The notes under the pieces are model-generated. The model was not told the origin of the DNA, ran no database searches, and saw nothing but the letters and a program-made list of their open reading frames with translations. A stretch of 62,806 nucleotides of DNA, taken from an uncultured virus (IMG/VR IMGVR_UViG_3300034272_003223). Lineage: Duplodnaviria; Heunggongvirae; Uroviricota; Caudoviricetes. How positions within the stretch are numbered: position 1 is the stretch's first letter; each line of letters starts with the position of its first letter. The translations under genes were made by a program, and so were the position numbers. The stretch lies in the IMG/VR virus record IMGVR_UViG_3300034272_003223. One strand, 5' to 3'. Of this stretch, positions 20,517-29,497 are shown piece by piece.

Positions 20517-21131
20517 TTAAAGCGATATTTTTGCTGCAATAATTATCCCAAGTACCAATTTGCAATAAATCATTTGGAAATCGTAATACGTCATAATAAT
20601 ATCGTATTGCTTTTTATCCATTTTTATCACATTTGCACCAGAAGATAACTTATTGATATTATTTATCAATTGGACAGTCTCTTTGAGCTGCGTAACGCCG
20701 ATCAGGCGCATCAAAATGTCATTAAATGTGCTATAATTTAGCGTGGCGCGATCGTCGGCAATCTTTTTGAGCCAATGTTCAACTACCAGGACCGCATCTC
20801 TCTTTTTAATAATATCATTAGTTGGCAAAGCTGTGTTAATTATCTTTACAATATCATCAAGTTCAGTAATTGTCTCTGCTCTGGCACTTAACCAGTCCAA
20901 TTCTCTATCAAAAACTGAAATTGCAGTCTTTTGCTTTTCTCTGGTATAGACAAAATTAATTATGAATGGATTTGTTATTGGGCCTGCTGCCATGGCAAAT
21001 TCCCCATCTTCAGTTTGGGGCTTTTTTAGCTCCTCCGCTTCAATGTGAAAATCCTGAAATGGAAAATTTCGCAAAAATGGATAATTTGCGTAAACTTTCG
21101 ATAAAGTTCTGTCCTGTGCTACCAATGCCAT
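20517..21131 (-). CDS. Hypothetical protein
   Basis: 204-aa ORF with AATAAATA at 21144-21151 upstream. Confidence 0.55.
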   Translation of the reverse strand: MALVAQDRTLSKVYANYPFLRNFPFQDFHIEAEELKKPQTEDGEFAMAAGPITNPFIINFVYTREKQKTAISVFDRELDWLSARAETITELDDIVKIINTALPTNDIIKKRDAVLVVEHWLKKIADDRATLNYSTFNDILMRLIGVTQLKETVQLINNINKLSSGANVIKMDKKQYDIIMTYYDFQMIYCKLVLGIIIAAKISL

Positions 21132-21205
21132 GCTAATTTTAATTATTTATTAGTATTATACTGATAGGTTAAACTAAGAACCCCAACCAAGTAAAATACT
21201 CATGT

Positions 21206-22636
21206 ATGCAAACTAAAGAACAATTAGACAAAGAGATTAAACGTCTTAATCTTGAGCAAAACGCTCTAAAAATCTTGATTAACTCGTTTTATGGAGCCTT
21301 CGGTAACAAATATTTCTATTTTCACGATACAGATATTGCGCAATCAATTACTTTACAAGGCCAAGACCTTATTAAATTTTCAATTAAAGCAGTTAATCAC
21401 TACTTTACAGAAAAATGGCATCTAGACACTGAATTACACGAAAAGCTTGGCATATCTAATCTAACGATTAATCAAGTTAAAGAAGAAGCCGCAATTTATA
21501 CTGACACGGACTCATGTTATGTTAGTTTTCATCCAGCAATTAAATCAATTGAAGGTTTTTCTTTAAATGATACAGAAGCTCTTAAGTTTTGCTTAGCAAT
21601 CAATCGTGAAAGGCTAAGCGGCTATTTTAGAGCAGCTTTTCAAAAATATGCAACTGCATTTAACACTGATAATCGCCAAGAATTTGAAATGGAAAATCTT
21701 TCACGAGCTGCGATTTGGTGTGCTAAAAAGAAATATGTACTCAAGGTAAGTTATGAAGACAATCCAGCTGAAGAATTATCAGAAAAAGAAAGTCAAGTAG
21801 TAAAAGGTCTTGAAAAAGTTCAATCTTCTTATCCAATTTGGGCAAGAGCTCACCTTGAAAAATTATATGACTTCTTCTTAGATCGTGGCTATGATTTAGA
21901 CCTTGAAGCTGAATTAATTCCTAAATTACAAGCGTTACGTGCTGAAATGGAATCTTTAACTCCAGATGATATTAGTTTCTCATTCTCTGTGCGTACTTAT
22001 GATAAGTATGTTAAGTGTGAGCATCCTTTAAAATTAGATAAAGGCGTTCCAATCTATACTAGAGCAGCCGCTTATCATAATTTTATGTTAAAGGAAACCA
22101 ATAATAAAAAATACAATCGAGTTATTAGCGGTAAAGTTAAATTCTACTATGCTGCTCAAAACCAATATGATTTTGATATTTTTGCATTTTCTCCAGGCGT
22201 TTACCCAGCAGAGTTTGCAATTCCAATGGATAAAGATCAGCAATTCTTTCGTTTGATTTGCGAACCTCTAAATAAGTTGCTTCTTGCAATGGGATTGCCT
22301 CAAATTAATCCTCAGCTACGTCGTGCAATTGAAGTAGTTAAGCATAAACCTAAAAAAGGTCAAGATATTCAATCTTTCCCAATTCATATTGTAGATTCGG
22401 AAACATTTGAAAATACCTTGGTTCCAGAAGCTCTTCAAGAGTTTATTGCAAATCCAGATTCAGCAATTCCACCTCAATTGATGCCGCAGTACCTAAGTAT
22501 TGTTTCTAAATACGGTTTAAATACGGTAGTTGTTCCAGATGCAGAACTTGCAAAATATATTGATAAAATCAAGAAAAAGAAAGCTTCCAAAGCAGTCATA
22601 GTCGAAGAAGATGAGCTAGAAGAAGTAGAAGATTAA
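21206..22636 (+). CDS. gp43: Family B DNA polymerase, C-terminal subunit (split gp43)
   Basis: Motif B KILINSFYGAFGN, motif C YTDTDS, KKKY and KGLE; no exonuclease domain or motif A. Confidence 0.88.
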   Translation: MQTKEQLDKEIKRLNLEQNALKILINSFYGAFGNKYFYFHDTDIAQSITLQGQDLIKFSIKAVNHYFTEKWHLDTELHEKLGISNLTINQVKEEAAIYTDTDSCYVSFHPAIKSIEGFSLNDTEALKFCLAINRERLSGYFRAAFQKYATAFNTDNRQEFEMENLSRAAIWCAKKKYVLKVSYEDNPAEELSEKESQVVKGLEKVQSSYPIWARAHLEKLYDFFLDRGYDLDLEAELIPKLQALRAEMESLTPDDISFSFSVRTYDKYVKCEHPLKLDKGVPIYTRAAAYHNFMLKETNNKKYNRVISGKVKFYYAAQNQYDFDIFAFSPGVYPAEFAIPMDKDQQFFRLICEPLNKLLLAMGLPQINPQLRRAIEVVKHKPKKGQDIQSFPIHIVDSETFENTLVPEALQEFIANPDSAIPPQLMPQYLSIVSKYGLNTVVVPDAELAKYIDKIKKKKASKAVIVEEDELEEVED

Positions 22637-22640
22637 TTAG

Positions 22641-23747
22641 ATGGAAATACATGAGGTTTCAAAGTTTGTTAAAAGTGTCTTGGGCGCCAGGTTTCCTGGC
22701 ATTCACGATAAACAGACTATTGAAGAGAGCGACGGTAAATTAAATTTCGCTTGCCCATTTTGTGGAGACTCTAAGGTCAAAGCATCCAAAAAAAGAGGCC
22801 ACCTCTATTTGGAAACTAAAACCTATAAATGTTTCAATGATGGTTGCATGGCATGGATGAGCCTTGCTGAATTTGTAGCCAGTTTAAGTAATCAATATGG
22901 AATTATTTCGTCCCTATTTCTAGAAGAAAAGGACCTTGAGGTAAATTACAAAAAAACTACTGAAAATCATCTTGTTAGATTCCTAACGTCTAATCGTAAA
23001 AGTATGATATCGATTACTGATGTCATAAACAGATTTTCTTTAAGAAGACTTGATCAAATTTCAGAAAATTCTGCTGCATTTAAATTTGCACAATCCAGAG
23101 GCTTAACCAAAGTCCAAAACTTTGGCGATATTATGTATGCTGATGCAATGGACAATAAAGTTTATATCTTTAATTTTGATCACCGCTCTGGTAAAATTCT
23201 AGGTCTTGCTACCCGAAGCTTAGATCCATTTACTGACAGAAAATATTTGATTAAATCCTATAACGAGGTTTCTAAAATATTTACAAATGGTGATACTCCA
23301 GAAATTATTGATGATGCAAACTATCTTAATAATTATTTCAATATTTTAAATGTTGATTTTACCCAACCGCTTATGGTAACTGAGGGTCAAATTGACTCTA
23401 TGTTTTTAAAGAATGGATTGGCTACTTCTGGTGTTTCCAAAGCCAAATCAATCCTAAAAGCAATGGGTGCTGTTGATATTAAAATTATATTTGACCGTGA
23501 TAAAGCAGGAAAGGACTCAATGCTAGCCTTTATTAAAGATGGTTATTCTGTATTTCTATGGAATAGTTTAATTGCAGAATTAAAAAAGAAATTTCCTACT
23601 CAAATTATAAAGCTATCCAAAATTAAAGATATTAACGATCTTTTCTTATTTCTAAATCGACAGGATCCAACATTTACAATTTCAAAATTTCAAGACTTAA
23701 TAGGTAAGCACTTTAGTAATTCTGTATATGATATCGTCTATCTATAA
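22641..23747 (+). CDS. gp61: DNA primase (gp61-like)
   Basis: CPFCGDS...KCFNDGC zinc finger; TOPRIM motifs VTEGQIDSMF and FDRDKAG. Confidence 0.88.
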   Translation: MEIHEVSKFVKSVLGARFPGIHDKQTIEESDGKLNFACPFCGDSKVKASKKRGHLYLETKTYKCFNDGCMAWMSLAEFVASLSNQYGIISSLFLEEKDLEVNYKKTTENHLVRFLTSNRKSMISITDVINRFSLRRLDQISENSAAFKFAQSRGLTKVQNFGDIMYADAMDNKVYIFNFDHRSGKILGLATRSLDPFTDRKYLIKSYNEVSKIFTNGDTPEIIDDANYLNNYFNILNVDFTQPLMVTEGQIDSMFLKNGLATSGVSKAKSILKAMGAVDIKIIFDRDKAGKDSMLAFIKDGYSVFLWNSLIAELKKKFPTQIIKLSKIKDINDLFLFLNRQDPTFTISKFQDLIGKHFSNSVYDIVYL

Positions 23748-23750
23748 ATA
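23743..23750 (+). promoter_or_regulatory. T4-type late promoter TATAAATA
   Basis: Exact T4 late consensus 5 nt before the gp4 start; one of about 12 NATAAATA sites before virion-type genes. Confidence 0.6.
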
Positions 23751-23755
23751 TTAAT

Positions 23756-24268
23756 ATGAAAGACCCTAATCAAAAAAAGAATATTAAAACATTTCTTAAA
23801 CCTAGAATTGGTGGATCTGTAAAGCAAGGTTATTTTAGACCGCAACAGCCAGATCGATATATGGGAGATCCTACTCAGATTATTTACAGATCAAGTTGGG
23901 AATATAAGTTTTTGAAATGGTTAGATTCAAGTCCATCAGTTCTTAAATATTCATCTGAACCATTTGGAATTCCATATTACAATCCAATGGACAAACGTGG
24001 TCATATCTATTACATTGATTTCTTTGTTAAGTTAGTTGGTCCTAATAATACTGAGGAAAATTGGTTAATTGAGATTAAGCCAAACAAATATGTTTCGCCT
24101 CCAACTAAACCAAAGAGAATGACCGATAAACAAACTGCAAGTTATGTCTATGCTGCAAAGCAGTTTGTTATGAATCAGGCCAAATTTGAGGCAGCTAGGG
24201 ACTATGCTGCGCAAAAAGGAATTAGATTCGGGATTATTACCGAAAACTTCTTATTTAAAAGTTTGTAG
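23756..24268 (+). CDS. gp4: Head completion protein gp4 (TnsA-like nuclease fold)
   Basis: IIYRSSWEYKFLKWLD...YSSE...IPY...YYIDF...IEIKP...NQAKFEAA. Confidence 0.9.
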   Translation: MKDPNQKKNIKTFLKPRIGGSVKQGYFRPQQPDRYMGDPTQIIYRSSWEYKFLKWLDSSPSVLKYSSEPFGIPYYNPMDKRGHIYYIDFFVKLVGPNNTEENWLIEIKPNKYVSPPTKPKRMTDKQTASYVYAAKQFVMNQAKFEAARDYAAQKGIRFGIITENFLFKSL

Positions 24269-24277
24269 AATATAAAG

Positions 24278-24943
24278 ATGATCAAGCCAACATTTAGTGC
24301 CCAAATAGACAATTTTAGAAATAGCGGAGAAAGATTAGACGATCCATTCTTTAGCGACATTCAGCCATTACCGGAATCTATTTTTATTCCAGGTCATGTT
24401 TATACATTTTTTGCACAACCGGTTGACGACCAACAAATTCCAACTGCAGATCAATATCTTGATGCAAGAGAAATGGCTAAATACCCAATTAAAAGACCAT
24501 ATTATGATCAGCGTCCAATTGGAATCTGTTTAGCTAATGGACAAACTGATGTTACCATATTAAACCTTAAAGTAATGCCCGTAGGGTCTACCCAAGTTAT
24601 CCTGAATATACTCTGGCAGGTCTTTAATAATATTATAAGTAAATCATATACAGACAAGGGAGAGTTCATAGGAGATACTCGAAAGCTATACCAGCTTCCC
24701 GAATATACTCCTCTTATTGGATTTAACGCAAATCCATTTGCCCTATCTGACCTTTTTCAAAATGCGAGCGGAGGTAAATTTAACGTCCGTTACGCAGTAA
24801 ATAAATATCAAAAAGCAAATATTACAAACCCAACGCTTATTCCATTCCATCTGGTACCCAGAATTGCTCAAACCAATATTTTCGATGGAATCCAGACACG
24901 ATCTTTAAGCATGGACTCAGTAATATCACAATTTAACGCATAA
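24278..24943 (+). CDS. Possible DNA end protector (gp2-like)
   Basis: RPYYDQRPI...ILNLKVMP resembles gp2 motifs; adjacent to gp4 as in T4-like phages. Confidence 0.5.
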   Translation: MIKPTFSAQIDNFRNSGERLDDPFFSDIQPLPESIFIPGHVYTFFAQPVDDQQIPTADQYLDAREMAKYPIKRPYYDQRPIGICLANGQTDVTILNLKVMPVGSTQVILNILWQVFNNIISKSYTDKGEFIGDTRKLYQLPEYTPLIGFNANPFALSDLFQNASGGKFNVRYAVNKYQKANITNPTLIPFHLVPRIAQTNIFDGIQTRSLSMDSVISQFNA

Positions 24944-24945
24944 TT

Positions 24946-26655
24946 ATGGCAGGATTTCTAGACAATATCGGCTTAGGAGGACTTAAATCAAGACTATCAG
25001 ATTTAAGCCGAGTTGGTATGAAGTACGAGGATCTTTTAATTAAGAACTCACAATCGATAGGATTTATTGAAAGTCAGCTAATGCAAGCTAGAGGAAGCGC
25101 TCTACCCGGTGGACAAACTGATTCTTTAGCTAGAGCTACAATGGCAATATCAGATACAACATCTGCTCTTAGAACTAAAGCTATTGCATTCTTTCAATTA
25201 GATTACGCAACAAAAAGAGAAAGACTAAGAGATCTTGCATCAAATGGTGAAATTGAATTTGTAATCGAGTCAATTACCGATGACGTTATTGTATTTGATG
25301 AAGATAACCGTTTTGCATATCCAAATGACCTAGTTGGAGAAATGCTCTATAAAGGAAAAAATAAAGAGCAGCGTCTTAAGTATCAAGAAAAAGTTATTGA
25401 AAAATATAACGAAAATTTTGAAAGAATCTACAATGCATGGGGTTTCAATGAAGGAATTTCAGCATGGCAGTATTTTTATCAGTGGTTAATTGAAGGACAT
25501 TTGGCATTTGAGATTCTTTATGATGATTTACAAAACCCAAGAGAAATTATTGGATTTAAAGAAGTCGATCCATCTACGCTATATCCTCAAATTAAAAAGG
25601 ACGCAGCTGGAAAGATCTTTTTAGAATGGGCCCAAAAAGTTGCTGGAGAATCTAAAGTAAGAACCCTTACCGATTCCCAAGTTCTTTACTTATCATATTC
25701 AAACCATTTTAGAACTAAACGTATTTCTTTTGTTGAGCGAATGGTTAGATCATTTAATTTAATGCGTGTTATTGAGCACTCTAAAGTTATTTGGCATACA
25801 ATGAATGCTCCTATTCGTTTAACTACTAAAGTTCCAATTGGAAGTAAGTCTCTAAACAAAGCAAAAGAAGATGTTCGTGAATTTGCAAACCAATTAAAGG
25901 AAGATATTTTCTTTGATACTAATACTGGAGAAATCCAAGTAGACGGCCGCCCTAACTTATTATTCTATAAGAATTATATTTTACCGGTAAACGATCAAAA
26001 CCAAGCAATTGAAATTGCTCCATTGGAATACGCAGGTCCTAATATGTCAGGATCAGAGCTTCTTAACTATTTCAAAGAAAAGTTAAAGATGGACTCTAAG
26101 ATTCCTTATTCAAGATGGGATTCTGCAAATGGCGCAGGTCAATATACAATGAATGCTGAAGGTATTCGTCGTGAAGAAATTCGTTATAATAAATTTGTAA
26201 CTCGTCTTCGTTCAGCGTTTAAAGAATTATTGACAAAGCCTCTATATCTTCAAATGTGTCTTGATTTTAAAGATCTAAAAGATGATTATAGATTTAAGAA
26301 TGCTGTAGGTATTAACTGGCATGACGATAACGTATTTGAAGAAATCAAACAACAAGATTTACTTAATAAGCGTCTTGCTACACTTAATGCCCTTAAAGGA
26401 GTTGTTGATGATGAAGGTAAGCCATACTTCTCTACTGAATACTTGGTTAAAGAGTATTTAAGAATGAGCGATGAGGATCTTCAAAAGAATAAAGATTATA
26501 TGAATCAAACTCCAACTGGAGAGGGTGAAGCTGGAGAAGCTGCAGCAGCCGGAGCAGCACCAGAAGCAGGTTCTGCCCCAGAAGGAGGCGCGGGTGGTGA
26601 AGCCGCTGCTGGTAAAGAAACAGCTAGCGAATTAGGAGCCCCAGGATCTTTATAA
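24946..26655 (+). CDS. gp20: Portal protein (gp20-like)
   Basis: 569 aa; WLIEGHLAFE, SFVERMVRSFNLMRVIEHSKVIW, YFKEKLKMDSKIPYSR, REEIRYNKFVTRLR. Confidence 0.9.
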   Translation: MAGFLDNIGLGGLKSRLSDLSRVGMKYEDLLIKNSQSIGFIESQLMQARGSALPGGQTDSLARATMAISDTTSALRTKAIAFFQLDYATKRERLRDLASNGEIEFVIESITDDVIVFDEDNRFAYPNDLVGEMLYKGKNKEQRLKYQEKVIEKYNENFERIYNAWGFNEGISAWQYFYQWLIEGHLAFEILYDDLQNPREIIGFKEVDPSTLYPQIKKDAAGKIFLEWAQKVAGESKVRTLTDSQVLYLSYSNHFRTKRISFVERMVRSFNLMRVIEHSKVIWHTMNAPIRLTTKVPIGSKSLNKAKEDVREFANQLKEDIFFDTNTGEIQVDGRPNLLFYKNYILPVNDQNQAIEIAPLEYAGPNMSGSELLNYFKEKLKMDSKIPYSRWDSANGAGQYTMNAEGIRREEIRYNKFVTRLRSAFKELLTKPLYLQMCLDFKDLKDDYRFKNAVGINWHDDNVFEEIKQQDLLNKRLATLNALKGVVDDEGKPYFSTEYLVKEYLRMSDEDLQKNKDYMNQTPTGEGEAGEAAAAGAAPEAGSAPEGGAGGEAAAGKETASELGAPGSL

Positions 26656-26656
26656 T

Positions 26657-27034
26657 TTATTGATAAGCAATAACAAATCTGATAGATTTGTCGATAGATA
26701 TAACGACGTGAATTGAATCTCTAAATTGATCAATTCCGTCGTTAACTTTTAGTACCTCTACGTTCCAGTCACGGTTTTGTAATAAAGTACAATATAGTTT
26801 TAATTGAGAAACAATGTCATCGTGAATTTTAGTTGTACTAAAACTATCACTAAAATCGAATAGATAAGTTTCTTCGTCAATTCCAAATCGATTTTCTCCC
26901 AAAACTGAATCATTTTTGGTTAATAGAACCATTTTAATTTGAGCAATAATTAGTGCAAGATCCTCTGTTTCTAATAAAGTCTCTTCGCTATAATTGGGTT
27001 CATCTATACTTCTTATGTAAAAATCTATTGGCAT
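26657..27034 (-). CDS. gp25: Baseplate wedge gp25-like protein
   Basis: QIKMVLLTKNDSVLGENRFGIDEETYLFD pattern and size. Confidence 0.6.
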   Translation of the reverse strand: MPIDFYIRSIDEPNYSEETLLETEDLALIIAQIKMVLLTKNDSVLGENRFGIDEETYLFDFSDSFSTTKIHDDIVSQLKLYCTLLQNRDWNVEVLKVNDGIDQFRDSIHVVISIDKSIRFVIAYQ

Positions 27035-27035
27035 A

Positions 27036-27770
27036 TTAGAATCTCATTGTATACATCCAACCTGCAGAGTTTTCGCCTTTAATTGCTTCCATAACAGCAG
27101 TCATTTCAGCATCAGCCTTTGTTACTAAGTTGGTATAATTTATTTTAACATCTCCTGGCAAAACATAATCAAATGTTGTAATCATTTCGCCAAGTCTTTG
27201 TTTAGATTTTGCTCTACAATATCTTTGGAACATTTCATCCTCGTACAGATTTGAAGGATCAATCTTTTTTGCAACTTCCAAAACAGCTCCTCTTTTTGGA
27301 GTTCTTCCAAGAACAGTTAACTGTTTAGTGTTTTTATTATAGTCGTATGCAATTGTATCTAACAAAAATGCTCTAGTTAAATCTAAGAATGAAAACATTA
27401 CTGTTCTATACATTAAGGATTCTCCAACAAATGGAGTTAAGTACATCTCAGATCCAACAAATTTATTTTCACCAAAGTCTCTATCCATTGTTGAAAAAAC
27501 AGATGCCCCAGTTGGTTCAACTGCTTTATGTACAAATTGTACGCAATCTGGTAAAGTAATAGTGCGGCTGTCTTTAAATTGGCCAGCTGAAAAAACATCA
27601 ACTGGAATTTGCAAATACGCTTTATCTAGAGCATATTGCCAATTATCATAAAAAAACACCTCGGCATTTTTAATAACCCTTTCTACTTCCTTTGTTGGAA
27701 GTTGATATGGAAGGGATCCCGAGAATGTTACTTCATCAATAATATCTGATATTAATTCTTGTCTAGTCAC
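27036..27770 (-). CDS. gp13: Neck protein gp13-like
   Basis: TRQELI start; FQRYCRAKSKQRLGEMITTFDYVLPGDVKINY. Confidence 0.7.
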   Translation of the reverse strand: MTRQELISDIIDEVTFSGSLPYQLPTKEVERVIKNAEVFFYDNWQYALDKAYLQIPVDVFSAGQFKDSRTITLPDCVQFVHKAVEPTGASVFSTMDRDFGENKFVGSEMYLTPFVGESLMYRTVMFSFLDLTRAFLLDTIAYDYNKNTKQLTVLGRTPKRGAVLEVAKKIDPSNLYEDEMFQRYCRAKSKQRLGEMITTFDYVLPGDVKINYTNLVTKADAEMTAVMEAIKGENSAGWMYTMRF

Positions 27771-27789
27771 GCGATTTGCGTTATTTTAA

Positions 27790-27996
27790 TTATACAGTTG
27801 GCGCTTGCGCAGCAGCTAACTTTTGCTCTTCTGCTTGTTTAGCAGTAGTAGCTTTGATTTTTTCTCTGATTTCAGTTAATTTAATTTGAGCATCATTAAC
27901 AACTTTCATTGCTTCAGCCTCTTGTTGATTTAATGTAACCAATTCAGTTGCTGCATCTTCGTTAACGCTAAAATAGTTTTGGAATGATTTAACCAT
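27790..27996 (-). CDS. Small coiled-coil protein with capsid-targeting-like motif
   Basis: MVKSFQNYFSVNED; GATAAATA at 28017-28024. Confidence 0.6.
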   Translation of the reverse strand: MVKSFQNYFSVNEDAATELVTLNQQEAEAMKVVNDAQIKLTEIREKIKATTAKQAEEQKLAAAQAPTV

Positions 27997-28015
27997 TTTT
28001 GATAGATTCTTTTTG

Positions 28016-29359
28016 TTATTTATCGGAAATATAGTCCGAAAAAGTTTTTATACGGCTTGTTCCAGAACCTGGATTTGCTCCAAGTTCCTGTCTTCCACCT
28101 TTATACATGCCCCATTGTGCAGGTACCTTTAAGGTTCCACCGACTCTCTGTGGAGCTCGCTCTGGCGGCAAATCATCCATATCTGGATTGCTTTTAGTGC
28201 GGTCTCTGAGTAATTCTGGGGTTAGCAGGTCCTCTTCAATCTTTCCGCCTAATATCATCCAAACCTTTTTAGGATCCTTTCCTTCAGGGATCCCCTGTGA
28301 AAAACTATTGAAATCTTGAGCTAACCAGAACTCTCTCATTAAAGTTCCAGAAACACCATCCTCGTCTCCGTCTGAACCAGTATTTCCTCCAAATTCAGGA
28401 CGAGCTGTTTCAATTCGGTTAATTTTAGAGATACTGCCTCTCCACTTTTCCATGGCAGCCCATCTAGGCATGTCTTTATCTGTTGCATAAAGATTAACAA
28501 CTGTATTTGGAGCATATTGGGTTTTACCAAGCGCCTCAACAAATTCATATCCACTTCTAACTGGGGTAACATCCGCTAGGTGGAGTTCAACGTTATCAAA
28601 ATCTTCTAGATAATATTCTAAAACTTCCATTGCAGTCTTACCGCTAATACCAGCCATTTCAGTTTTTGAAATAAAAACATGAACTTCATCGTTTTCTTCT
28701 GCAATTTTTGCAATTGCTTCATAGTGACCAGCATGAGGTGGCTTAAATTTACCACTAAATATTCCAACTGTTCTGATATCTAATTTTGGAACTTGAGTGC
28801 GACCAATTTTTCTAGTCTTCATTGTAATTTCTTCAAATTCGTCCTCTAGACTCTTTGCAAGTTCTAGATTTTTACGATCATCGTCATAGAAAGTAAAGTG
28901 TCTAAACCCTTTAGTGATTAGCTTTCGGAAGGCTTCTTTTTTCTTTTCAGCAATAGTTCCTTCAAATCCAAATTCTGGATCGCTAACTGCATAGATTAAT
29001 TTTGGGTGAATATCAATCCCATGGGACAATAGAAATTCTCTGACTAGTTTCTTATTATCTCTAGCTGTAATAATGCCGACAGCCGTCCCAGATTCATAGG
29101 CGGAACGTAATATATTAAGTACCCATTCTACTAATCTTCCAGCCTTTAAAATATTAGCATCATTAAATTGATTATAGTCTACTTCGTGATGTGGTTCCTT
29201 TTCATATTCATTAAACTCCTGTGGAGTAAGATCAAAGGTTTCACCAGTAAGTGCATCCTTAACTAGGATCTTTGCATTAGTGACAACTAGCGTGTCATCT
29301 AAATCAAATATGATAATTGAGTTATCTCTAGAAAATGCCATTTCGTTTACTCTTTGCAC
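28016..29359 (-). CDS. HAD phosphatase + cytidylyltransferase-like (HIGH) nucleotidyltransferase fusion
   Basis: IFDLDDTL, ITAR, FYDDD; FSGKFKPPHAGH and VSGTLMR; C-terminal RIKTFSDYI. Confidence 0.75.
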   Translation of the reverse strand: MQRVNEMAFSRDNSIIIFDLDDTLVVTNAKILVKDALTGETFDLTPQEFNEYEKEPHHEVDYNQFNDANILKAGRLVEWVLNILRSAYESGTAVGIITARDNKKLVREFLLSHGIDIHPKLIYAVSDPEFGFEGTIAEKKKEAFRKLITKGFRHFTFYDDDRKNLELAKSLEDEFEEITMKTRKIGRTQVPKLDIRTVGIFSGKFKPPHAGHYEAIAKIAEENDEVHVFISKTEMAGISGKTAMEVLEYYLEDFDNVELHLADVTPVRSGYEFVEALGKTQYAPNTVVNLYATDKDMPRWAAMEKWRGSISKINRIETARPEFGGNTGSDGDEDGVSGTLMREFWLAQDFNSFSQGIPEGKDPKKVWMILGGKIEEDLLTPELLRDRTKSNPDMDDLPPERAPQRVGGTLKVPAQWGMYKGGRQELGANPGSGTSRIKTFSDYISDK

Positions 29360-29432
29360 TGGCCTACTATTTTTTGTTATTTATTTAGCCAGTTATTCAA
29401 TGTAAATATACTAAACCTGGGCTAATAAAAGC

Positions 29433-29467
29433 AAAAAAACGCAAAGCTTCTTGGCCTTGCGTTTTTC
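29433..29467. terminator. Intrinsic terminator, possibly bidirectional
   Basis: AAAAAACGCAA...TTGCGTTTTT hairpin with A/T tails. Confidence 0.55.
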
Positions 29468-29497
29468 GATTACCTTCTTCCAATTGGAAGATGTATT

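Noticed and set aside
23756..24268. TnsA transposase of a Tn7-like element
   Set aside because: The fold is shared with T4 gp4, the context is gp2-like/portal, and there are no tnsB/tnsC genes.
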